32,000 nucleotides of DNA from Pyrolobus fumarii 1A (GTDB lineage Archaea; Thermoproteota; Thermoprotei_A; Sulfolobales; Pyrodictiaceae), in NCBI RefSeq assembly GCF_000223395.1, contig NC_015931.1, positions 1,500,001 through 1,532,000 of the forward strand. The letters are read 5' to 3'. Below are positions 7,359-15,617 of this stretch, piece after piece. Position 1 is the first letter of the stretch; each line of letters opens with the position of its first letter. Position numbers and translations under genes: made by a program. The notes under the pieces were generated by a model, which did not search any database, was not told the origin of the DNA, and was given only the letters and a program-made list of their open reading frames with translations.

Positions 7359-10358
7359 ATGGCCGCAATGAAAGCAGTTGTTACAACGCTTCTCATAGTC
7401 GTTATGCTAGCTGTGGCGTGCGCTACGGTAACCGACGCCGAGAGCGTAAACGCTGTCGTCACGCTATGCCCAGGCGCGCATACCCCCACTGTATTGCCGC
7501 CACACTTGAGCTCAGTTGAACTTTCGGGTATTGTGGATGATGCGGTTGTCACACTAGACAAGCTGGTAGTTGCCTTCACTAACGGGACCATAGGGCTGTA
7601 CACGCTTGAAGGGCAGCCACTGTTTATTACCGATGCTGGCGTGATAATCGACAGACTCGTGCCCCTCGCCCCAGGTATGATAGTGGGTATAGGACATACC
7701 CCTCAAGCAACCGTGGATAACACTATCGTGATCCTCAAGATATGTGGACCCGAATGCATAGTTATCAATGGTATTTATTCTTTGCATTCCGAGCCGATTT
7801 ATATTGGTATGGATCCGGAAGGCAAGATAATAGTTGTTGATGTAGCGGGGTACGTGTATACGTTCAGCGGGAGCAGTGTAACTCCTAAAGTGGAGAGGAT
7901 ATGGAACGTCACTAATGTTGCATGGGCTAAGTTAATCACGTGGTGTGGTAGATGGGGCTGGGGTATTGCTTACAACGTGTATTCAGGCGGGAATGATGGA
8001 AATGTTGCCATTCTCCTCCAGAGGCAGAGTGATAACAAGATAACTCTACTTGACGGATACAAAGCGTATGATGCCGCTTATAATGTGTATACAGCTACGC
8101 TTTACGTCCTTGCCGCTAGGCCCGACGCGGATAACCTCTATCTTGTTATCTGGCAAACGGGTTACGAGCCGAGTGTGAAGCCAACAGAGATTAGTGCGCC
8201 TAGCAAAGCATGGATTGTACAAAATCGTGGCACTGTACTTGCAGTGTTATATTACACTTCTGCAGAGGGCTTCCCAACATACACGCTTCAAGCATTTGAC
8301 ATAACATCTGGAGAGCCACGGCTCCTATGGAGTATCCCGTTACCAGGCGAGCTACAAAGACTCTATGCTATACCAGCGTGTAACCCACGGTATCTACTAG
8401 TTGTGGCTAGAGATAACAATGATAATCTGGTCGCATATCTGGTTGATGCGGTTAGTGGCAGACCACTTTGGAACATGTTAGTGGGCATAACGCTCGGCCA
8501 GGCTGAGGCTCTAGGGTATAACGAAGGCTGGTTTACAGCAAAGAGCGGCTCTAAACTCTATGTGATGAAGGTGGCATCGTTACTAAAACCCCTCTATGCT
8601 GTAGAATTCGGCGTGCTACTCGATGGTCGACCGGTGCCGTACAATATAACAATAACGTGTCTTGGTGGTGAATGCCGTGGCGTGCTAACGAGATACGGGT
8701 ATAGTCTGGACGGCTTCGCGTGGATACTCCTACCTACCGGCACCTATAGGGTGGAGTATAGTAGCGTCTATGCCGGCGTCTATAACATCACGATAAGAGT
8801 GCTTCCTCCGAACGAGTGTCTGGCAAGACATGTGCATGACCCGCCAAGCGTAATAGAAGTGAAAAGCGTCAATGTCACTATTTGCGTATATGGTGCTGGT
8901 GATCCTCAGGGTTGGGGTTTTGCAAAAGGCCCTATTAAGGGTGCAGAGGTTAAACTAAAGGCTGATTTCGGTTTCCGACGGACTGTCATAACAGGGAATG
9001 ATGGTTGTGTGTCGCTTAAGGTGCCTCCTGGTCGTTACAATGTTACTGTATCGGCGATAGGCTACAAAGAATGCAGCAAGGAATTAGTGGTTGGCGAGAA
9101 CAACGAGCCTATCATAGTAAACTTTGAGCTTGAGCCGCTGCTAAAGAGCGTGTCGCTTAATGTATATGCCTTGGATACCCGTCAACCCTTGCGGGATGCT
9201 AGTGTAACTATAATCGACGAGTCAACGAAACGAAAAGGAGTAGCCAAGGCGTTTGAGGTCTTCATGCTCCCGCCTGGCAACTACACGATAATTGTTACAC
9301 GTCCTCTCTATCAACCGCGAACCGTGAAGGTCGAGATACCGCTCTCTACCACTAGGCAAGAGGCGAGAAGAATACCTGTGTACCTGCCACCCCAGGAATT
9401 CACAGTAGAACTCATTGTGCATTTGCAGATGCCGCTAAAGCACAATGCGACTATGCAGCTCGTGCTCACGCGTCTAGAGCCCGTTAAAGCTATGCCTATA
9501 CGAGTTGAAAGACCAATACCAGCTGGAGAGACCAGCTTAAGGATTAAGGTTAGGGTCATCTGGGGTTATTATGAGGTCAGAGTCTCCGCGCCTCTACACA
9601 AGACGGCAATACTCACAATGGATGTGCCTAATACGCTAAGACTTCATGTCAACCTCACAATGGTCCACTATAACATGCGGGTCATAGCTATAGATGCCCT
9701 CACAAGGCAGGTAGTCGAGAATGCCAAGGTCATAGCCGAGACTGTCGGTTATAAAGCGGAGTTCCCAGCAGGTGCTCTCGTAAGCTTGCCTTTAGGCAAC
9801 TACACGATTACCGTCGAGGCTGACTACTATAAACCCGGGAAGAGGAGTGTGATACTAAACCAGAATACTGAGCTCAAAGTGCTCCTAGAGCCCGTGGAAG
9901 TGCCAGTAACTATCCAGGTGAAACTCGGTAAACGTCCAGCTCCCAACGCGACGGTTGAAATAGTAGGTGTGGCGTTCAATGGCATTAGTGTTACGAAGCG
10001 TATAACAACGGATGACAAAGGAGTTGCAACTATCACGCTAATGCCAGGCAACTACACTGCCAGGGCCATTTACCGTATAAACATATTCTTCTTAAGCATG
10101 GAGCTCGTGAAGGAGAAGAGCTTTGAGGTTGAAAAGTCCGTCAATGTAGACATAGTGCTCCCAGAGTCACCAGCACTCATAATCATGCACCTACTGCCTT
10201 ACCTGTTGATAGGCTCCATATTGGTGATTGTCGCACTAGTGTTCATCGTTGCTAGGAGAGCGTTGCGCGAGCGAATAAGAAAGTTGCGTGAGAGTCTAGC
10301 TGAGCGATTTGGTAGAACGCCGCCTGGGATAGAAGAGGAGCTTGAAGAGCTGTTCTAG
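7359..10358 (+). CDS. Large anchored surface (glyco)protein: N-terminal signal, repeat/propeller-like region, carboxypeptidase-regulatory-like beta-sandwich repeats, C-terminal TM anchor
   Basis: N-terminus is MAAMKAVVTTLLIVVMLAVA. At least 12 N-x-S/T sequons are present. The recurring motif PGxYxxxV..xYxP (PPGRYNVTVSAIGYKE, PPGNYTIIVTRPLYQP, LGNYTITVEADYYKP, MPGNYTARAIY) is typical of CarbopepD_reg-like domains. The C-terminal TM LLPYLLIGSILVIVALVFIV is followed by a basic, then acidic, tail. Confidence 0.75.
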   Translation: MAAMKAVVTTLLIVVMLAVACATVTDAESVNAVVTLCPGAHTPTVLPPHLSSVELSGIVDDAVVTLDKLVVAFTNGTIGLYTLEGQPLFITDAGVIIDRLVPLAPGMIVGIGHTPQATVDNTIVILKICGPECIVINGIYSLHSEPIYIGMDPEGKIIVVDVAGYVYTFSGSSVTPKVERIWNVTNVAWAKLITWCGRWGWGIAYNVYSGGNDGNVAILLQRQSDNKITLLDGYKAYDAAYNVYTATLYVLAARPDADNLYLVIWQTGYEPSVKPTEISAPSKAWIVQNRGTVLAVLYYTSAEGFPTYTLQAFDITSGEPRLLWSIPLPGELQRLYAIPACNPRYLLVVARDNNDNLVAYLVDAVSGRPLWNMLVGITLGQAEALGYNEGWFTAKSGSKLYVMKVASLLKPLYAVEFGVLLDGRPVPYNITITCLGGECRGVLTRYGYSLDGFAWILLPTGTYRVEYSSVYAGVYNITIRVLPPNECLARHVHDPPSVIEVKSVNVTICVYGAGDPQGWGFAKGPIKGAEVKLKADFGFRRTVITGNDGCVSLKVPPGRYNVTVSAIGYKECSKELVVGENNEPIIVNFELEPLLKSVSLNVYALDTRQPLRDASVTIIDESTKRKGVAKAFEVFMLPPGNYTIIVTRPLYQPRTVKVEIPLSTTRQEARRIPVYLPPQEFTVELIVHLQMPLKHNATMQLVLTRLEPVKAMPIRVERPIPAGETSLRIKVRVIWGYYEVRVSAPLHKTAILTMDVPNTLRLHVNLTMVHYNMRVIAIDALTRQVVENAKVIAETVGYKAEFPAGALVSLPLGNYTITVEADYYKPGKRSVILNQNTELKVLLEPVEVPVTIQVKLGKRPAPNATVEIVGVAFNGISVTKRITTDDKGVATITLMPGNYTARAIYRINIFFLSMELVKEKSFEVEKSVNVDIVLPESPALIIMHLLPYLLIGSILVIVALVFIVARRALRERIRKLRESLAERFGRTPPGIEEELEELF

Positions 10359-10400
10359 AGTGTGGCTATATTACCTTTGGTTTGGGTGTAGAGTGTATGC

Positions 10401-10483
10401 GGGCCGCGGGCCGGTGAGGAGGTAGGGACGTGCCGACGAGTGGATGCGGATAGGTGGAGCGACCCTGAGGGCACCCGCGGCCC
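10401..10483 (+). ncRNA. Candidate kink-turn / box C/D-like sRNA
   Basis: 10-bp outer stem GGGCCGCGGG (10401-10410) / CCCGCGGCCC (10474-10483). C-box-like GUGAGGA lies at 10414-10420 and D box CUGA at 10465-10468. CCGA sits exactly 12 nt after the C-like box, and 12 nt precede the D box. The C' box is poor. Confidence 0.35.
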
Positions 10484-10547
10484 TAGTGTCAAGTCGTGTT
10501 TAAACACCGTTAGTTCCAACCGTGTATTCTAACTAGGAGGTTGTAGT

Positions 10548-11027
10548 GTGTTGCCGACTCTGCGGCTTCCTCCCCGCATAAAGGTTCTTGAGGCGTTGGG
10601 GGCTATTGCTGATGGTCGTGTAGAGTGTGTTAATGATAAGTGTGTTTTTGCGCGTGTTGCTAGTAGTGAGGGTGACCGTGTGTATCGAGTGTATGTTGAT
10701 GTTGAAAAGGGTGTTGCCTATAGTGATGATAACGGTACTCGTCTACGTGGTTATGTAGGTTACCCGTTGATAGCTGTGCTAATGCTGCAGGGTGTACTTC
10801 CCTTTGATGAGAGGCTTTCCGAGGCGTTGAAGGGCGTGCCTTGGAGAAGGCTTAACGAGAAGTATAAGAGATATGCGATTGTTGAGGATGTTGTTAAGAG
10901 AATTGCCTCGGAGAGGGGCGTGAAGCCAGAGGAAATAGAGCGATTCTTGCACAGGGTTATGGAGAAGCTGCGCTCGTTGAGGCTAAAGAGGCTCGAGTCG
11001 CCACCCCTAGACGCGTGGAGCGGGTAG
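10548..11027 (+). CDS. Hypothetical protein
   Basis: 159-aa ORF with protein-like composition. An AGGAGG Shine-Dalgarno lies 5-10 nt upstream of the GTG start. No motif recognised. Confidence 0.55.
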   Translation: MLPTLRLPPRIKVLEALGAIADGRVECVNDKCVFARVASSEGDRVYRVYVDVEKGVAYSDDNGTRLRGYVGYPLIAVLMLQGVLPFDERLSEALKGVPWRRLNEKYKRYAIVEDVVKRIASERGVKPEEIERFLHRVMEKLRSLRLKRLESPPLDAWSG

Positions 11028-11033
11028 AGGAGC

Positions 11034-11543
11034 ATGGTGGTAGCTGCGAGCGACGTCTATGCGCGTATAGGCGATGTTGTGATAAGACGGGCTAGGGAGA
11101 GCGACCTTCCGCAAGTGATTCAGGTTAACCGTAAGTGCCTCCCGGAAAACTACCCGGAGTGGTTCTTTGAGGATCATTTACGTAATTGGGGTAAGGCGTT
11201 CTATGTTGCCGAGGCGCCTAGAGGAAAGATAGTTGGGTATGTGATGACGCGCGTAGAGTATGGAGTCGGGTTCGTAGCTCGCGGGTTCGTCAAGAGGGGT
11301 CACATAATATCGCTTGCCGTGCTACCCGAGTACCGGCGCAGGGGCATAGCAACTAAGCTAATGGAGGCGGCGATGGATAGTCTGAAGCGAGAGTATGGGG
11401 CGCAGGAGGTATACCTGGAGGTGCGTGTATCCAACACTCCCGCGATAAAGCTTTACGAGAAACTGGGCTTCCGTAAGATACACGTTATACCACGCTACTA
11501 TTTTGACGGTGAAGACGCCTACCTAATGGCTAGGCTGTTGTGA
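11034..11543 (+). CDS. GNAT N-acetyltransferase, RimI/Ard1-type protein N-terminal acetyltransferase
   Basis: Acetyl-CoA motif LAVLPEYRRRGIATKLMEAA (R-x-x-G-x-A). Size and layout match archaeal Ard1/RimI. Confidence 0.85.
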   Translation: MVVAASDVYARIGDVVIRRARESDLPQVIQVNRKCLPENYPEWFFEDHLRNWGKAFYVAEAPRGKIVGYVMTRVEYGVGFVARGFVKRGHIISLAVLPEYRRRGIATKLMEAAMDSLKREYGAQEVYLEVRVSNTPAIKLYEKLGFRKIHVIPRYYFDGEDAYLMARLL

Positions 11544-11552
11544 ACCCAGGGT

Positions 11553-12347
11553 GTGTTACCCGCTCCCAACTCACACGGCCCCGCCCTAGTTTACTACATA
11601 CCATCGGGGCGCAGCATGAGCCAAGCAAGGCTTGTGCTCGTAAGGACTAGAAGCGGCAAAACAAGGGGCCTTCATGCACGCTTCTACGTATGGGATGGCG
11701 AGTCGCCACCCGACCCCAATATAGTGGAACGGGAGGAGCCGGTACGAGAGACCATCCACGAAATGATAGATTTCGTGTGGGACGATTCGCCAGCGGAGGG
11801 CGTACCCGCTGGCAACTTCATGGTAGAGTGGCGCGGCTTTCTACACGTACCGGAGGTAGGCGTCTATCGCTTCTACATCATAGTCGATGATGGCGCCAAA
11901 CTATGGATTGACGACAAGCTCGTCATAGACGCGTGGCGGGATCAACCTCCAACACACTATATCAGCGATCCCATCGAACTCGATGTAGGCTTGCATAAGA
12001 TACGCCTACTATACTACAATCATGACGTATTCGGGCGTATCGTGCTAGGCTGGATAACACCTAATGGCGACTACGAGCCAATACCAAGTCAATACCTCTA
12101 TACAAGGCTGGGTGATGACATCGTGGTGCGTGGTATACCAAGCGGTTATCGAGTGGAGCTACGCAACGGCTTCTTCCGTAGAGAAGCCGAGTCCCGCTAC
12201 GGTATTGCCCGTATACCGGCGGGTGACCTGCTAGAACCGATAGCAGCATACTTCAGAGTGTACAACAGGGAAGGCGAGGTGATAGTCGAGACGCCAGTAA
12301 TAAGTGATGTTTGGGGTGGGGACGAGTATCTACTCCTAGCAAGGTAG
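11553..12347 (+). CDS. PA14 domain-containing protein without a recognisable signal peptide
   Basis: GLHARFYVW..IDFVWD..GNFMVEWRGFLHVPEVGVYRFYIIVDDGAKLWIDDKLVIDAW...LDVGLHKIRLLYYNHDVFGRIVLGW follows the PA14 consensus. The start is uncertain (possibly the Met at about 11616). Confidence 0.7.
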   Translation: MLPAPNSHGPALVYYIPSGRSMSQARLVLVRTRSGKTRGLHARFYVWDGESPPDPNIVEREEPVRETIHEMIDFVWDDSPAEGVPAGNFMVEWRGFLHVPEVGVYRFYIIVDDGAKLWIDDKLVIDAWRDQPPTHYISDPIELDVGLHKIRLLYYNHDVFGRIVLGWITPNGDYEPIPSQYLYTRLGDDIVVRGIPSGYRVELRNGFFRREAESRYGIARIPAGDLLEPIAAYFRVYNREGEVIVETPVISDVWGGDEYLLLAR

Positions 12348-12719
12348 TCGATCCAGAGGTTTTAGTCCGAGATTAGCGAGACTCTCGTCTACACACTCGC
12401 CTACCACATGCACCTCAAGGCTATCTACTAACCATTTGTATACGAGTATCGCTTCACCGACCGGTGTGTAGCTGAGGGATTCGCAATCTACAACTATTCT
12501 ATCGACGCCGGAGGAGACGGATACTAAAAAATTGATAAGAAGGCGACGTTTTAGTTCGCCAAGAGGCAATATGACCAGCTCGCCGTTGTTGCTAAAGACG
12601 CGTCCTACTCTTCCACCTACAAGTACCACGCGTTTACCCTCTCGTGCAAGCATGTGACCGCACTCGTGATAAGAGGGGCCGAGCACATAAACAATGAAAG
12701 GCTGTGATGAGGCCGACAT
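12336..12719 (-). CDS. Hypothetical protein
   Basis: 127-aa ORF. Convergent with the PA14 gene and overlapping it by 12 nt. No motif recognised. Confidence 0.5.
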   Translation of the reverse strand: MSASSQPFIVYVLGPSYHECGHMLAREGKRVVLVGGRVGRVFSNNGELVILPLGELKRRLLINFLVSVSSGVDRIVVDCESLSYTPVGEAILVYKWLVDSLEVHVVGECVDESLANLGLKPLDRLPC

Positions 12720-12895
12720 AGTCGTTAGCCCCTCGGGGTGATGGCGAGGGGTCGATGAGCTGAGCCTGGGTTTTTAACGCGTACGCTCTCTCTTGACTGC
12801 TGCGATAACCTCGTCGAGGCGTACACCGTTGAGCCCCACTAGAATACTGTGACCTCCGTATGCCTTGATGATCCGAGATGTAATCTGGTATGGCG

Positions 12896-13348
12896 CTAGC
12901 TCGCCATATGCCCTAACGGTCCCGTGGATCTCTCTCTCTCAAGGCCTGCTGAGAGTAGTGGTGGGGCGCCACGCGGCTTGTAGACATAGATGTGCGTAGC
13001 ATCATCGCAGCATACGGTGCTATCATAGCAGCGGGCTATGCTCTCCTGAACTAAACCCGCATCTATAGCCTCAATTATCGCCACTTTCACCGTGCTACTG
13101 TCTAGATGGCCGCATGTAATGTAGAAGTTGAAGTTTAGTGGTAATGCCTTCCTCCTCGGAGTGCCATCCGGTTCGAGATACTTGAGTGCAGCTAGCAGCG
13201 CTATTAGTCTCCTACGCCCCGCCAGAGGCCTGCCATAGTACCTGTAATACTCGTGCACTAGTCTCGCTAGGGTGAGCGCCTCCACGCTCACCTTTCGATG
13301 ACGGCGTTTGCGAAACATACCCGTAAACATACTACTGAAACCCAACAA
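12896..13348 (-). CDS. Hypothetical protein, possibly frameshift-truncated at its 3' end
   Basis: 150-aa ORF. The alternative frame stays open from the (GA)6 tract down to a TAA at 12774-12776. Confidence 0.5.
   Translation of the reverse strand: MLGFSSMFTGMFRKRRHRKVSVEALTLARLVHEYYRYYGRPLAGRRRLIALLAALKYLEPDGTPRRKALPLNFNFYITCGHLDSSTVKVAIIEAIDAGLVQESIARCYDSTVCCDDATHIYVYKPRGAPPLLSAGLERERSTGPLGHMAS
12929..12940. repeat. (TC)6 dinucleotide tract ((GA)6 on the coding strand)
   Basis: Read directly: tctctctctctc at 12929-12940, encoding ERER near the end of the 12896-13348 ORF. Confidence 0.9.
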
Positions 13349-13409
13349 TCAGAGGTAATACTCTACCACATATAAGTCGAGTTGGACGGATCCGTTCACG
13401 GGGCAGGGT

Positions 13410-14693
13410 TTGTCCCTAGACGAGAGCTTTGAAAGAGCACGGCGTGAGAAAGAAAAGCAACTCTACGGCGCCGGCGTCTCTCAGCTAGCCGTGATAGAGA
13501 GGGAATATGGATACGCTGAGATAAGAATCTTTCCCAGTGTGGATGCTGTCATAGCGTCATCGGTATTACACTCGATACTGCGTGGAAAGGGCATCTATAC
13601 GTGGATAGTAGCCTCTCCTCTACCACCGGACGTCGTAAGAGAACCCACGATTCTCGTGGGCTTCGAGGCGAGTATAGCGGTAAGCGGAGAGTTTCGCGCA
13701 CCGTCAATCGTGATAGCGCGGGGAGACAAGCCCCAGGGTTTGACGCGTGCAGCTATAGTCGCGGCTAGGGATGCTAGCCTTACCGGTCTCGCGCTGGGTA
13801 TGATGTCTGAGGTTGTTGTTACCGGTGATAGAGGCTTACTTGGTCTAGCCATGGCTTACTGGCTCGGCCTTGATCGTGACCAGAGAGGCGACTTCATAGG
13901 CCCCGAGAAGTGGCTTGCAGAGCTTCTTGAGGTTGAGAATAGAGCCGTGGCAACTCTAACAGTCAAGCTATTCGACTGGTTCGAGAAGCCAGTTGAGGAG
14001 GCTATCGTCTACACTATAGACCCCTACTACCCCGGGCTAACCGGTAGCATGGAGACAGTCAAGAAATTCCTGGAAGCCGATGAAGCGACTTCAAAGATGC
14101 TGGGAAGGAGTGTTGCCGAAGCAGAGGAGGAATCTATCAGTCGCCTAGCTGAGAGGTTGTATGAGCACCTACGCTCGACTAGTAAGGCACCACGCAGACC
14201 AACAGAGGTTATAGGAGTAGCGAGGTACACAAAGAGACTCCCCGTAGCAGACCTGCGTAAGCTGTCCAACGTGATAGCGGCTTGGATCGATGCGCGAGGC
14301 ATACTTGCAACAATGCCACTAGCCTCCAGCCTTGACACCCTGCTCAACGTCATGGACGCATTATACTACAAGATGTTTGACGATACCGTGGAGAGCATAG
14401 AGAGAGGCATACGAACACCAAGCCTCATTGACAGGAGAGAGTACGGCCCAATAAGAGTTTGTATACATCGTGGAGTTGACGGTGATGCCGCTTACCCTTT
14501 GGTGGCTAAGCAGCTTAGGCTCCTCGGGCTCTATACCGACTGTATGCCGGGTGTGGACAGGGGCACGAGTATAGAGGTTCTACTAGACCCGGTGGTAGAT
14601 GATGTTAAGCACGAGAGGATACGCGAGGCGATCCGTAGAGGATGTCTACGCTATATCGATGGCACGCTATACGCGGAGGCCAGGCCATGCTAG
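13410..14693 (+). CDS. Conserved hypothetical protein; possible degenerate DHH/RecJ-like (Cdc45/RecJdbh-type) protein
   Basis: N-terminal IRIFPSVDAVIASSVLHSIL resembles DHH motif I (H-x-x-x-D-x-D-x-x-x-S) with the metal ligands largely replaced. The remainder could not be assigned by eye. Confidence 0.3.
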   Translation: MSLDESFERARREKEKQLYGAGVSQLAVIEREYGYAEIRIFPSVDAVIASSVLHSILRGKGIYTWIVASPLPPDVVREPTILVGFEASIAVSGEFRAPSIVIARGDKPQGLTRAAIVAARDASLTGLALGMMSEVVVTGDRGLLGLAMAYWLGLDRDQRGDFIGPEKWLAELLEVENRAVATLTVKLFDWFEKPVEEAIVYTIDPYYPGLTGSMETVKKFLEADEATSKMLGRSVAEAEEESISRLAERLYEHLRSTSKAPRRPTEVIGVARYTKRLPVADLRKLSNVIAAWIDARGILATMPLASSLDTLLNVMDALYYKMFDDTVESIERGIRTPSLIDRREYGPIRVCIHRGVDGDAAYPLVAKQLRLLGLYTDCMPGVDRGTSIEVLLDPVVDDVKHERIREAIRRGCLRYIDGTLYAEARPC

Positions 14694-14731
14694 ACGGATT
14701 AAACCCCTGTGATACGGCTTAAACACTCACT

Positions 14732-14801
14732 GGTGCCGGTGAGGAGCCGTCGGGTGTAGCTGGAGGAGCGGTGACTGATCCCCTGGCTGCTCCGAGGCAC
14801 C
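14732..14801 (+). ncRNA. Candidate kink-turn hairpin RNA between convergent genes
   Basis: C stem GGUGCC (14732-37) / GGCACC (14796-801). Bulge GGU (14738-40). Tandem G.A/A.G pairs (14741-42 with 14794-95). NC stem GGAGC (14743-47) / GCUCC (14789-93). Upper helix 14758-66 / 14780-88. Confidence 0.4.
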
Positions 14802-15326
14802 CTACTCCTCCCACGGGAACTTGCCATGCTTCTTGAGATAGCCGGCGAGGCCGCCAGCCTCCACTATACGCCTCACAAACTCCGGAAGAGGCTTTACACT
14901 GGCCTCTACACCCTTGCTGACGTTGCGCACGACACCCTCCTCTAGCCTCACTTCTACTGTATCGCCAGTCTCGACACTGTCTATGAATTTGCGTGGCGCC
15001 TCAACAACTATAAGGCCAAGGTTAATGGCGTTGCGGTAGAATATTCTCGCAAAGCTCTCTGCTATAACAGCTTGTATCCCAGCAGCTTTGATCGCAAGAG
15101 GCGCCTGCTCTCTGCTACTACCATACCCAAAGTTCTTCCCAGCTACAACGATGTCGCCGGGCCTTATCCTCTTAGGGAGCTCGGGATCGAGGCCCTCGAA
15201 TACGTGCTTGGCGAGCTCCTTTGGGTCTAGGGTTCTCGCCTTATACTGATACGGTATGATAAAGTCCGTGTTTATGTCATCGCCTAGCCGTATAGCCCTG
15301 CCCCTCACAATCCAAGATTTCGACAC
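14802..15326 (-). CDS. leuD: 3-isopropylmalate / homoaconitate dehydratase small subunit (LeuD/HacB family)
   Basis: [43 protein letters not shown] is the aconitase swivel-domain signature. Confidence 0.9.
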   Translation of the reverse strand: MSKSWIVRGRAIRLGDDINTDFIIPYQYKARTLDPKELAKHVFEGLDPELPKRIRPGDIVVAGKNFGYGSSREQAPLAIKAAGIQAVIAESFARIFYRNAINLGLIVVEAPRKFIDSVETGDTVEVRLEEGVVRNVSKGVEASVKPLPEFVRRIVEAGGLAGYLKKHGKFPWEE

Positions 15327-15377
15327 GTCGAGCCCCTAGCGTGGTGCGCGACACCGGACCAGGTTTTAAGTGGCGGT

Positions 15378-15617
15378 GTGCCTCGGGTATCCCAGTGGCC
15401 GAAGAAGTTGCTCCAACTGCTAGCACCATTATTGTTCCTAGTGTTGCTGGCACTGCTACTTCGTCCTCGGGTCGCACCAATAGCCATAGCTGTGATGGCA
15501 GTGGCGCTGATGGCAATCTTCTCGACGCTCTTTAGGGCCTTCATAAGCGTAACGGAAGTCATCATAATATCGGCTATAATTGTTGTGCTGGTCTTACTCT
15601 CTAGGGAGGGCCGGTGA
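15378..15617 (+). CDS. Possible small hydrophobic membrane protein
   Basis: 79-aa ORF with 2-3 predicted TM stretches and positively charged ends. It has a GTG start and competes with three other overlapping ORFs, so support is weak. Confidence 0.3.
   Translation: MPRVSQWPKKLLQLLAPLLFLVLLALLLRPRVAPIAIAVMAVALMAIFSTLFRAFISVTEVIIISAIIVVLVLLSREGR

Noticed and set aside
10401-10483. H/ACA guide RNA interpretation of the long hairpin
   Set aside because: No ACA/ANA box follows the 3' stem on the + strand (CCCUAGUGU). The K-turn also sits at the base rather than above a pseudouridylation pocket.
15277-15565. Minus-strand ORFs 15277-15516 and 15305-15565, and + ORF 15341-15535
   Set aside because: They overlap one another, their composition is Ser/Thr/Ala/Gly-rich, and they carry no motifs. 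Only the hydrophobic 15378-15617 ORF is kept, at low confidence.
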